From: Nymphaea colorata
Lineage: Eukaryota
DNA length: 64,000 nucleotides
NCBI RefSeq assembly: GCF_008831285.2
Contig: NC_045138.2
Coordinates: 17,236,001-17,300,000 of the forward strand
Reading direction: 5' to 3'
Shown here: positions 51,643 through 64,000 of the stretch, one piece after another
Numbering within the stretch: position 1 is the first letter of the stretch
Layout of the letters: every line of letters begins with the position of its first letter
Notes under the pieces: model-generated
Told to the model about the DNA's origin: nothing
Databases searched by the model: none
What the model saw: the letters and a program-made list of their open reading frames with translations, nothing else
Position numbers and translations under genes: made by a program

Positions 51643-53636
51643 CAAAAAAAAAACACTTCAATTATTTGCTTATGAGAGTCAAACCATGACTGTTCGCCAG
51701 ACAGCCAATTCTCCCACATGCCAACCCATTTGGGTCTACCACAGGGAGAATCTAACAGTGCTAGTAAAATGAATTTGGATCATGGTTAGAAAATTGAAAA
51801 TAAAGCCTTCAAACTCCCTTGAATTCAGGAATACAAGTATTAATTATCACCAAAGAATATCGATCCAATTAATTATCATCTGCATAATTATTTTCTCAAA
51901 AAACCTCTATGCCTTTTCAAATGTCTCTTATGTGTATGCCACTCATTGTTTGAAAATGTAGTTGATTAACTATCTGTACGCATCTAAAATATAGAAAAAT
52001 TAAATTGGTGAAAAAAACTTGAAACTTCAATATCTAGATAGAACTTAATGCGCAAAAAACTTAGAGCATTAGTTTCTAACATATTACTTAAAACTTCTAG
52101 CCGTCTTATAAACTTAAACATTAATCTGCATATTCATCTATAATCAACGACCATCACACAACTTCCGAACCAAGAACCACTAGGCGGTTTGAGAGTGAGC
52201 TGTGTGCCTTATCAATTTAAATAAAATATAAACATCATAACATATTTATAAAAGCAAATTTGACATAAAACATGCTTTGAATCAAGTTGTTTTTATGAAA
52301 AATGTTGTTTTTTCTATTATCAAAATGATGGTGTTATGAGAGCCATTCATTTTTTCTTATTATAAAAACACTAATAAACCCCAAAAAATTGATAAACTTA
52401 ATACATATTTTGCATTAACCTATCCTTAAGATCATATTGGTAAGGTTAGATATCAAAAGAAATATTTCAAATATCATATTTAAAAGGTCTGGTGTATATA
52501 TAGGAAGAGAGACCATAACTTCTATAACTATAGTGCGAAGGCTGCCTCTTTTCGTTAAACATTAATACGTTACGTTCTATCACAAATAATATTTCTTTTC
52601 TCCATCCAACCTTATACTTATCATTTACATGTTTCAGTGGAGAATGACATGTAATATGATACAATTATAACTATTACATTGTATCTCTTAAGAACTCAAT
52701 AGCCAATGGTGCACCGATTTAAATTTAAATCACCATTTCTACTAAACATTTCACAATCATAACTGTATATACAAAATGTGATCATAAAATGCAGAATCCA
52801 GCTCATTTCTAGGTAGTGGATACAGCGGCTAACTTTTTTATATATATATTTGTTATGTTATGTATACGAATGCCCTTTTGGATATAAAAATATGTGCCCT
52901 TTCTAGATTTTTTTTTTTTTTTTAGAACACACATATGCAGAAGCAACTCTAATGCGTGCCAGTGAGCAAATGAGGCCATGCATGCACAATGCACGAGCAC
53001 ATGCGACATGCATGTCAGCCAACGAATACATGATGAGGCCATGCATGAGGATGCATGTAAGCCAAGGGCCATATAAGTATGATGGGAACAAAAGAGATTG
53101 GGGACCCATGCATTATGATGCACACGTGCAGACGGATGGGAGTGTGGAGGAGAGGACAGGATTGGGGTCGTCGCCATGTCCTTGGATTAGCATCAGCATT
53201 TATGGCCATGACGCATTCCCGGACAGACTAGCAGCCATGCCCCATCCCTCCCCACACGGCCAGTCACATTACATACAACAGCCTGGCATCAAACTAGCTT
53301 TATCTTCATCCATGCATCACCAGTTTTTACCAGACAATTCAATCTAAGATATTTTATTACTTTATTTCCTTTCAATCGCATATATAAGTTAAATGTGAGC
53401 TTCCTAATCAGGACATCATAAAATCATATCAAAATGGCATTTTGTATGTCTGTAACCAACATTTTACCCCAAAAAAAAAAAAAAAAAACTCAATGGTCTA
53501 GCACATTTTGTATCTTATAAAACTCATTTTGTATGTCCAAAAGAGTATGACTTTTATTTTGGTTTTCATAGTTTTAAGCATGGAAAACATAATTTTAAAA
53601 TTGTAGAAATGTGTGGCTGACAGGCCAGTCAATCGT

Positions 53637-53700
<64 letters not shown>
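53637..53700. repeat. (CT)n(TA)n microsatellite
   Basis: Read directly. Confidence 0.9.
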
Positions 53701-53705
<5 letters not shown>

Positions 53706-54031
53706 GAGGATTATCACAAGTGAAACAGCTTGGCTATTTATGAGGCGGCAAGGACCACTCTGACTAATTGTCCTTGGCAAGCAAGCGCCCTTAATTAGAT
53801 GGGCCACAACCCTTAGAATTAAAACTCAAATTTTTTCACTAGAAGAGAAACTACACCGGCGCTTGGAGACCTTGGTGGCCCGACATGGATTAATGACGGG
53901 TTGGAAACTTGAGCAATGAAATCTCAGAAATTTCCGAGTGTTCTTTGCAAAACCAATGTTTTCATAGCTCATTTGCTACGTGTAGAAGCTTCCATGATTC
54001 TAACCTACCCCAAATCTTTGTGTCTGTGCAT

Positions 54032-54082
<51 letters not shown>

Positions 54083-54849
54083 ATGCAAGGCAAGCCACGT
54101 CTCTTTCTCTCTATCTCTAAGTCGGTCTTTATCAACCAATCCAAGGAGCTATTGAAGGAAGATGATGATGATGATAAGGAGTTGAGTGAGAATGGGGACG
54201 CGGCATTGGCGATTGATGGTTTTGGCTCTGTACACATTTCTGCCGGCACGACGGGGGCCATCCGACCCACTCCAGTCTTTGCTCCTTTGAATTCTTTGGC
54301 CTCCCCTCTTTGTCATTTGGTTTGTTTTGTTCGACTCCTTAATTAACTCTAGCCCACAGAGTATTAACAGAAGAAGCATGAGTTGATTAATGAGAAGGCT
54401 GTCACTGTAAAATATTCTTATGAAATATTAATTGTTTGACAGCAAGGGAACGAATTCAAAGTCGTGTGATTTTTTCTTTTTTACTAAATCTGACGGATAT
54501 GCTAGCCAGTGCTGCAATCGTTTGTAAATGTCTATATTTGGTTGATTGTGCATTTTGTATATACATGTTCAAATTCCAATCAGATTCCAAGTTCAACCAA
54601 AGCAAAATTTCTCATTGGCCAAATATAGAAATATACATAGTATATCTCAATCCATTCTACGATTAGCATTCATATGCTCACGCGCTTCTAGATAATCTTT
54701 TATCATCATTATTTTATTATTATTTATTATTATTCTTCATTGGTCGGAGGCTACTGTTAACTTTGATATAATCCTAAATTTCACTAAACCTTTCACTAAA
54801 AATGTTTTTAGTTGGTTGTCTAACACAAGTGTTAAAGAAATTAACCCAA

Positions 54850-54857
54850 CCCGAATA

Positions 54858-54902
<45 letters not shown>

Positions 54903-55283
54903 GGAAACTTCAAGCATTATAAAAGGGGATGTTCAATAGTATCCTGGTTTTTAGTTCTTTTAGGTCTGGAGCCGAAACTGCTACAAAGTGGGTTGAGATA
55001 TGCCAGATCAAGGGTCTGAGCCCAAGAGTGGGCCAGGTCGTTAAAGTGGTATTAGAGCATGTTCAACACTCGAACCTAGGGTCTCACACACGCAGACGCG
55101 TGTACCTTAAGGATGGTAGATTATAATACTCCAAAAATTTAGTCTCGTATTGAAGATTGTGAGAGATCTTCAAGAGCTTATAAAAAAGGAGTTGCTAAAT
55201 ATTTGGTTGTGCTGACTACTAAGAGGTGGGTTAGGATCTGTTGGACCAAGAGTCTGAGCCCTGGAGTAGGTAGAATCATTACA
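54850..55283 (+). mobile_element. Degenerate TRIM-like non-autonomous LTR retroelement
   Basis: Two diverged direct repeats (GTGAG..CTTCAAG..TTATAAAA..GGA and CAAG(G/A)GTCTGAGCCC..GAGT) flank a ~75-bp interior that starts with PBS-like TGGTATTAGAGC (55047-55058, cf. tRNA-Met PBS TGGTATCAGAGC) and ends with purine-rich AAGGATGGTAGA. The second LTR ends TTACA. A (TA)n obscures the left end. Confidence 0.65.
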
Positions 55284-57666
55284 TAAATGGTTCCGTGTAA
55301 ATTATAATGGAACCACTTGTTTCATGAACTGGATTTGTCGATTCACCCTTTGTTTTGGCCGAAAATTAGACAAAGACGTGATCTACCTGGATTACATAAA
55401 ACTTGACCAAGTTCATGAATTACGATTATTTGACTACTGCTATTAAATGTGAAGTGAGCTGAAAAACCAAAGTGCATGAAAGGGCCTAAACACACGTTGT
55501 CAGATGTAACAAGACAATCTCAAAACAAGTCCAAGTTCATTTATGGCCGAAACCTTTCAGTCACGTAAACCTTTGTAAAGACCTCAGAAGTTTTTGATTT
55601 TGATGCAACAGTTTGAGTAGTGGGGTTAGTAGGCGGTCAGTCTTCTTCCGTTCATGTTCATCAACTACAATTATCTAAATCCAACGGGTACACGAAGCTC
55701 AATGAGGTCCATAATTTCCGTGAACAGAAGCGGTCACATACTCCAAGTGGATTCGAATCAAGATTCACATGCATTTACACATGCACCTTTTCTTTTTTGC
55801 ACTTTCTTGATATCGAATAAGGAAAATTTAAAGCCTTTCATTTTATTAAGAATCCCAGTGAAATAAATATATAAGAAAGTGTTTGATAGCTTCGGATCTG
55901 AAATCAAGAAGAACTTGTGCTACTACTGATATTGGCACTATTCCACCAATCAAACGAATTCATAGTAAATGGGACAAGATTTCCCATGATATCAAATACT
56001 CAAAACGTCTATGAGCAATGCTCAACAGTCAACAACATGCTTCAAATGTTAATGTGTTGAACCACTGAAAGAAATGGGCAATATATAACTCTCAGCTCTG
56101 TGAATGTGATGGCAAAATATAGTTCATAAGCATTCTAAACCACCGTTTTAAGTATCATGGCATCAATTATCTCGTAATTTTCATGTATTTAGATCTTTAT
56201 TTATGTTTTCATTTCTCTTTTCCATTAAAAAAAAATTGATTTCACTCTTGGCCACATATTTTTCTTTCTTTCTTTTTTTGTGCAGATAAAATCCAAAGGT
56301 ATTTATATTGGTGGGAACAACGAAAGTTAAAGCATTATTGTGAGCTTGACATGGCTTTCTTGCCCTTTAACGCACCCGTGTTCTGTCTTCAGCTGGGGTG
56401 GCATGTGGCCCCACCCTGTTTGTGAAGATAAGGATGCAAATTAAACGGATACCGGATTCGAATCAGATACAGCAACCCATATTGACTGATCCGGTACTGC
56501 CAAATCGGACCTTCCCCATTCGAATCTTTTCATTTAATTCATGACACATGAAATTTTGTCAATTATATTGCACTCGATCCTTTTTCCTTTTTAATTTTTA
56601 TCTTAGCCCAAGTAAAGCATATTGCGTCCAATATATTCACCACTTTTTATCAAAAAAGAAATTATAGCAGGTGACCCAAACGAAGTCCAATTTTCCTTTA
56701 AATTTTACTTTCCAAATCATCATACCAGGTCGAGGTTGAGAGATATGAAACTGAGTTCGATAACATCGAACTTTACTCACTTTTTTTACAAGCTGTAAAT
56801 CAAAGTAAGTTCCTTGCAAGTCAATCTGGCATTTTGGTATGCTTTTAGGTAATGTGTGAATGACACGCGAACAGGATGACATCAATGCATTCTTACCATA
56901 GTCTGATATGTATATATATATTTATATATTATATATAATTTTATTAGTTTATATATGCAATTATTTGTGGAAATAAAATATCGCATGAAAATTGAAACGT
57001 TCTGCATTTCTAAAAAAAGTTTGAGCAGATTACAGAAAGATGCCTAGCTTTCGAGGCATTTACACAAAGTTGCTAAGCATTTCGAACAAACCTAACCGTT
57101 AAGGTTACCAGCTAACTCATGAACTAACTAATGACCCCTCCCTGTTACCAAGGTTAAAATAACCGTGGTTAAAGACAGGTTAGCAGAAAAGACAGAGCTA
57201 ACCCTCTCTGCCTTTGGGGTTAAACTCACACCGTCTTGTCTTCCTCGCACCTTCTGTTGAGCACTGTGATTTCTCCTTCGCGATTCCTAAACGTTGAGCG
57301 TTCCATTGATCTTTCATGGTCTCCACTTCCACTTTCTGACGATCTTGTTTTAACTTCCCTCACGCTTCGCAACCGCATCCCGCTTCGCGCTGCCTCCTCC
57401 CCTTGAGCATTTTGTTCCCCTATTTCTTGCACTCGCTTCTCCTCTCGCTTCCTGTAAGTCTTCCGTTAACGTGTTAAAGATTCTTGTCCTCGGACCTCAT
57501 CTGCGCAGGACTGGAAGTGAACCTTGCTTTGGCTGACTCCATGAACATGCACGTACGGCTCAACACCATTTTCATGCCTGGGAAGTTGCTCTAGCTCGTG
57601 GGATTGAGAACCCCACGGAGAGTTTCTTCAACATACAGCATCATCTTGTTATATGCTCATTCTGGC

Positions 57667-58679
57667 TCAGACACGGGAAGCGCCTGAGCTCAGACCCTTG
57701 GCTTCTGCTCCTTTCATGATTCTCAGCCTCTTGCATGAAGAGATGAACATCCTGAAACAGAAGGCAAAACATCAGACCTTGCCCCTCAAAACCAGGCCAA
57801 GATGTGAGAGAGAAAGAGAGAGATGGACTTACTCCCAAGGGACATCTCCAACCAACATCCAGTCTCCATCTTTATCTTCATAAGTTGGTACATATTCAGA
57901 CCCATCTCTGGTTGCAAATCCACCTGATAAGGTAAAAAAAGAAGGCAAGTTTAGCAAACAAATCAGAAAAGTTTAATGGAATCATGGAGTTCTATGCTGA
58001 GAGGAAGGAGGCCACGGCCACAATAGACAAGAGCTACTGAACATACCCATGGTAAAGCAGCTGAACATCTTCTCCAAGGCCTTGAGTAGATCTTGGTAGT
58101 CGCTGTATGTCTTGAGATCTATCTTCCTCAGGTATGGAGCCCCATCCATGCTTACTTTTACAAGCATCCCGGGTGTCTCGGCCTCCTTCTTCTTTGAGAT
58201 GCTTGAAACGTTTAGGTTGTTCTTCCTGTATGACCTGATTGGTGGCCATCCTACCACTTGTGCCCTGTCAAAACCATATCTTGGATTAGTCTCAGATTCA
58301 TAGTCTAAAACCATAGATTTTATTCATGAAGATTTAGCAAACCCCAGATCTTTTTATGTATAGTTCAAAAACAACACTAAAAATTTTCTGGGGAAGCATG
58401 ATTATGGAGTCTTTAGGTGTTCAAGGACAGAAACCAGTCAGAAACTGGATACTTTAAGACCCACATGTGAATGAGGAAGAAGACTTACTTGGCAGGAGGG
58501 GCGTTTTCCTGGTCAGCAGGTGTGGTGTCGTCTCCGGCGACGGCGACGGAAAAGGCTCTCTTCTTAGTATTCGATGCCGCTGTCGCCGCCTTCTCTGTGA
58601 CGTTACTTCCGGGTAACCCCAACCTCAGCTCAGTTGCCTCAAGGTTCAGATCGCAGTCGTACTTCACGGCCTTCTCCAT
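57667..58679 (-). CDS. Aux/IAA auxin-responsive repressor (IAA3/IAA4/AUX22-like), paralog B
   Basis: Exons 58679-58489, 58264-58047, 57923-57833, 57751-57667 (194 aa); same domains I-IV and intron phases as paralog A. Confidence 0.96.
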
Positions 58680-59029
58680 TTCCTGGCCTTTCTTTGCGGT
58701 GCTTTCGACTCTTTTCCAACCAACACGGACTCTGTGACTCCTCCAACTCCCAAGTTTATCACTGTTTCTTCAAATCCCCGGCGATCTGCTCCGTCCCTCT
58801 CACAGACCAACAAATCTACGGCTTGAAAACCAACCTTGGCAGCGAAAATCTGCTGATGTGAGGGAAAAACTCGCAAAAGACTGATACAAAGATGACCACA
58901 AACTCGAATTGTCAACCAATCTCCGGCGAACTTCTTTCCTTACTCCGGTGCAGAGACGCTTGTAAGAGACGTTTGAAAGCTGAACTTCCTTGGCTTGTGA
59001 AATGAAGATAGGGAGAAGCAAGAGGACAA

Positions 59030-59500
59030 CTACTTTTATAAGAGGAAGAATCAAAGCAAGGGAGAGAGAGAGAGGAGAGAAGAGAGAGAGAGAGTGCATG
59101 AATGGATGATACCCACCAAGAGAACAAATGGGGACAGCAACAGGTTGGCCTGGGGCAGGTTGCCTGTCCGGCCAGGGACACACCGGTGGGCCCAGAACTC
59201 CGGCCGTCCGTTTGGGCTCATCTGGGATTCTCTGATCCGACGGCAAAGGAAGGTTTGTTAGTCATGTGGTGGGCCGATCCGAGCCGTTGGAGGACAGCCC
59301 ATGTGAGCGCAGCGCTGTCGGTGAGCTTGTGTGTGGCCGGAAAACCCCCCCATGTGAACGATTTATTGCAAAAAACATAAAATATTTACAAAAAAATAAA
59401 ATTAAAAAAAATCTAAAATATTAAGCATCTTTAAAGAGGGGGTTTTCCAAGAGAATCATCCCCACCCACATGGCATGTGGGCATGCTGTGAGGCAATAAC
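59030..59500 (-). promoter_or_regulatory. Proximal promoter of Aux/IAA B: TATA, GA tract, TGTC-core AuxREs, CACATG palindrome
   Basis: TATA-like at ~59035; TGTCCCCAT (rc 59128-59136); TGTCCG-N4-GGGACA (59165-59180); CCCACATGGCATGTGGG (59465-59481). Confidence 0.7.
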
Positions 59501-59929
59501 ATTGGTCCTCGCACTAAATGACCTATTGTTTAAAGAACACCCAATTTCCTAATTTTATCCTCCCAAGAACACGCCCATGAAAATCACAATCTAGCAAGAT
59601 TTTGCACTCTAAATCATGAAGATCATGCCGGAATTCTTGGTGACAAGAAAGAGTGAGAGAGAGGTGTAAATCTTCTATAGGGTTAAATTCTTGCCTCTTA
59701 ATAAAAAAACTGCATGCGTTCTTAACATTTCTTGCCTTTCCCCATGTGGGCACCTGTTTTTTAATATTGAAAACTGCCAAACATTGGCCAGTGCAGATGA
59801 CTCGGTTCTTTTCAAGGCCTTCATTTGGATGCTTTCCTTGATCAAGTATCCTTCACAGCCTGTTGGAAGGAATTTTCAGACCACCTATGAGCAGAGCTTT
59901 GATATTTAAAAAAGTTTTTCACCACAAGG

Positions 59930-60068
<139 letters not shown>

Positions 60069-61239
60069 GAGTGAAAGTGTGCAAGTTGTGATGTAAGGCA
60101 CTTCTCTGACTAAGATAAGAGGCAGATATATGCTTACTAGATATCGGGAGGACCACTAGTTAGCTGCGTGGCAGCTTGTTCTATGTATGATTGGAGCATA
60201 TCGCTCTAACGGTGACTCATCAGTGGCAGCAGGGGCGCATCTCTCTCTCTCTCTTTTGTCATATTATTCTGGTAAATAGTGGCGAGTGGATATGTATTTG
60301 TGCCCACTATTCCAAAGTTAATAGTGGATAGTGATTTCATGGTACCCCTAAGATGAGTACATGAAATGTTGAAAGCAATCATTTGTACGAACATTGGCTC
60401 CTGTGATATGACTTGCAAAGCACATAACCTAAAGTTGAATATGTGATTGTTTGGTACCAGTTACAAATTGCTTTAACATCTTGTTTTATGAATCTATCTC
60501 AAAATTTACCATCTTATGTACATGAGAGATTAAAATGCCTTCATTAAAGTGAAAAAGGAAGAATTTTGAAAAAAATAAAAATGAGAATTATGAAAATATT
60601 GAAAGATTAAAAATGTACATAGCCTTTTTTTTTTAAAAAAAAAGTGTGCGTGCAACTCTATCTTCAAAATTTAAGGCAGAATAGTCGGATGGTAACAATC
60701 TGTTATGGGTGCCAAATGATTCTTGAAAACTTTCCAACAAAACATAATAAACTCTACCAAGTAAACGGAAAGATCATGAAAGCAGTAGAAAAATCAAGAG
60801 AAACATGAAAACAAGAAGCCCATTTTCACTTTTGATATCCAACTAAATCTAAGGTGGTGTTTGTATAAGTAACAGGATTAGGTAAAACAAGTCGAAAATT
60901 TACCAAACTTTATAGATGTCATCACATGTTGCCCCCACTCTCAAACAAGAATATTAATGGTGCTTGTAAGTATGTTTGCACCCGTCAAGTATCATGCACA
61001 TGCTGGGGCCAAACAAGAAGAAGACAGCCCCATCCGCACGTGCATGAGCACCTACACTACATATCGCGAAGCGTTTGTGCACAACCGAGGGTTTAATTTC
61101 CATACGATTGTGTTGCCATCTCCTTCTATTCTATTTATTGGCATCAACATTTAAGATATCATGATGCATGCACGGACAGACTGGCCATCCCTTCCGCACG
61201 GGCACTCACAAAAAAACAGCGCGATCTACATATGAAAGT

Positions 61240-61280
<41 letters not shown>

Positions 61281-61771
61281 ATTTCAGCCATTCATTTTTT
61301 AAAGATCAGCAGTTGAGTGAGAAAAAAACAGGAACAACAAGATGATGAAACGTTTTCTTTTCATTTTTCTCTTGTTTCTCATTCAACTGCCTATCAATAA
61401 AAGATCACCTAAATGTCGAACGCATACCATTTCATATATGTATAAAATCTACTGGATACTTGATAGTTCGCTCTAGGAGCATTGCCGATTGTTTACGGTG
61501 TAACAATGGTTCATGATGTTAGTAATGGGTGTTCCAGCATTAGACTTTAAAATTTTAGTAAACTAACCTCCGGCAAATCCACTGTTTGAATATTAACTGA
61601 TAACTAAAAATGAAAGATCTTCTCTAGTTACAGAAGCATTGGCGATGATTTATTGTATAACAATGATTGATGATGCATTTTTGGCAACTGTTTAAATTGG
61701 TTTTAACTGCAGTTTTTTAAGTTTTAACTATTTGGCAACATTAGATGGATTTGAACTTATACACACTCCCA

Positions 61772-61934
<163 letters not shown>

Positions 61935-64000
61935 CAGACCACGTAAATTAGGACGGTTGGCTCGCTTCAAAGGGGAATTAATGTATGACAGAAGATGAGC
62001 CACGTCTCTCTCTATCACTTAATTTTCAGCAGCCAATATCCATTCATTCTGTGTCGCCTTGCACCCCATATTGCATGACAGAAGATGATGATCAAGGATG
62101 AGGACTGTAAACGGGTCGGGTAGGAAACGGATATTTCCATTCTTCTGGCCGATCAACTCACAGAACTACTTACTATTTTCACAGCAGAATGGTGCGGGCA
62201 GATCATTCACGGACCTGGCAGGCTCAGTCGCTTTGGGCCCATACCAATAAATGGCATGCTTGGTTTTGAAAAGACACTGATACCTGACATCGCCAAACTG
62301 TGTCCCCAATCGATCGAATAGGATGCTACTCGACGTTGACAGATTTACGGGGACTGAGTAAGTCTCAGATCCAGATTACTTTAACTGAAACTGGAAAAAA
62401 GAAAAAAATCTTGACGGACAATTATAAATTGCCCACCTGGGTAAATTGTTGGGATTGAAATTTTCGAGTTCAAAGCTGCTTTATAGCTAGAGATGCTTTT
62501 AACTCTAATATGTTGTTGGTGGTGACAATGGAATACATATGTATATGGCAAGGAAGAGAGAGAAAGTACACTTTCTCTCTCCCTCTCTCTGTGTTAAGAA
62601 TTTCTTGGCATGAGCATGTGGGTGTGTATATGTGTGTGTGAATGGACTTTAGCTTTTAAGAGTCACTCAACCATTTAATTAGGACTGTTCAATCTAACAT
62701 GATGGACAATTAAAGACAAATAATGAGAAAAATGTAACAGTGCTTTCATCTTCTAATATTAACTCACACTTTTTTCTTCTTATTTTTCTCTCAATTATTC
62801 CTCATGTTTGGGTAACTCTAAATAGCATGAGTCATCATTCACTCACTATAAGGTGATCTTAGAGGAAGGCGTACCTATTCTAGTGAACTTCGACTAGTTC
62901 GCTTAGTTTATTAATATATAAGACTAAGTCACTAGGATGTAGGAATATAAGCTCTTCAAGAATTTTTTCAAAATAATTGACATAACAGCATTCTTGTTCT
63001 CATAAAATGAAAGATATTTCATTGAGAAATATTGATATTTCTGATGTAAAGGAGCCATTTTGTTGGGAGAGATGTGCAGAGTCTGCCTGATCCCAATATG
63101 CACCATAATTACCTTTGATTCACATTTAGGTTATATAATAAACCAAGGCACTGCGTTCTCTAGCTAGGGGACAAGCATATAAGCAGATCTTTAAGGTTTC
63201 TTAAAATCTTAATATATATAGAATTCTCAAGTACTACCTAAACATCAACTGCTAGAACTAAGACATGAATAAACTTGGGTTTGGTTAGAGCCCATTTTAA
63301 ATACACATGATCAATAATGGCTACTTCACCTGAACCATAGTTTCAGGAAAGGTAGTTCACTTGCTTCCCTGTTCTTGCTGCATGCTTCCGCAAGCACGAT
63401 CGACGGTCGCCAACACCAATATAATACCTCCTAAAAGATAACACTTTCCTGCTATTGTCCAAGCTTGTTCAAAGCACCCGATATCAACTTGGGAGTTGAA
63501 CGGTAACTGTCTACACACAGTTCTTAATCTGAAAATGAAAACTAAAGAACTTGTGTTCCAATATGGACAAAAAGTTGGTTTGACATAACATAAGCATGAA
63601 TAATAAGTTCATGAATGAATTGATTATGCATGAATGATACCCAAGAAATATAATAACAGTCACACATTAAATAGAGGCCCCGACAAGCCTAATCGTTATC
63701 GTAAAGGGCATAATTAGACTGCAATATAATATTTCCTCAAATAAATGAAACATGATAAGTGCATAATTAGACTCTCTGGAATGGGCCTAATCTCACATTA
63801 TGTATAAATGACTGCTGTTTTCATCAAATTATGATGTGCCCCAGAGAGAGAGAGAATGTTACGTGTTTGAATGGGCTACGTCTTGACAATACATAGATAT
63901 TAATGGTGACCATGTTCATGAACTACAACTGTTTGAATACTATCGATGAACGAACCGCTAGAAATAAGTTCCACAAACTCTATGAATGGACCTAATCTGG

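Noticed and set aside
57226..57530. GC-richer segment with a 68-aa minus-strand ORF downstream of Aux/IAA B
   Set aside because: GTG start and no recognisable homology; may be a TE remnant but no termini could be defined.

Overview
AT-rich, intron-containing plant (angiosperm) nuclear DNA; the species cannot be determined from sequence alone. Seven apparently intact protein-coding genes are readable: a GT8 galacturonosyltransferase (GAUT5/6-like, +), an intronless PLS-DYW PPR protein (-), bifunctional HisIE (HISN2, +), an organellar ssDNA-binding protein (OSB, +), Mediator subunit MED14 (-) and two tandem Aux/IAA paralogs (-). The apparently empty interval ~10.1-15.4 kb is a mosaic of decayed copies of three neighbouring loci: HISN2 exon 2, an inverted GAUT 3' end, and OSB intron/exon 2 plus its downstream flank. 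It also holds a young ~118-bp inverted repeat. The PPR gene lies in a ~2.9-kb segment that is absent from the sister copy and bounded by an imperfect 8-bp direct repeat. The Aux/IAA pair shows signs of partial gene conversion, shared proximal and distal conserved non-coding elements, and an mRNA stem-loop over the stop codon that is kept by compensatory substitutions. Several MITEs, a solo LTR, a TRIM-like element and many microsatellites are present. All alignments, exon boundaries and identity figures were done by eye and need computational confirmation.
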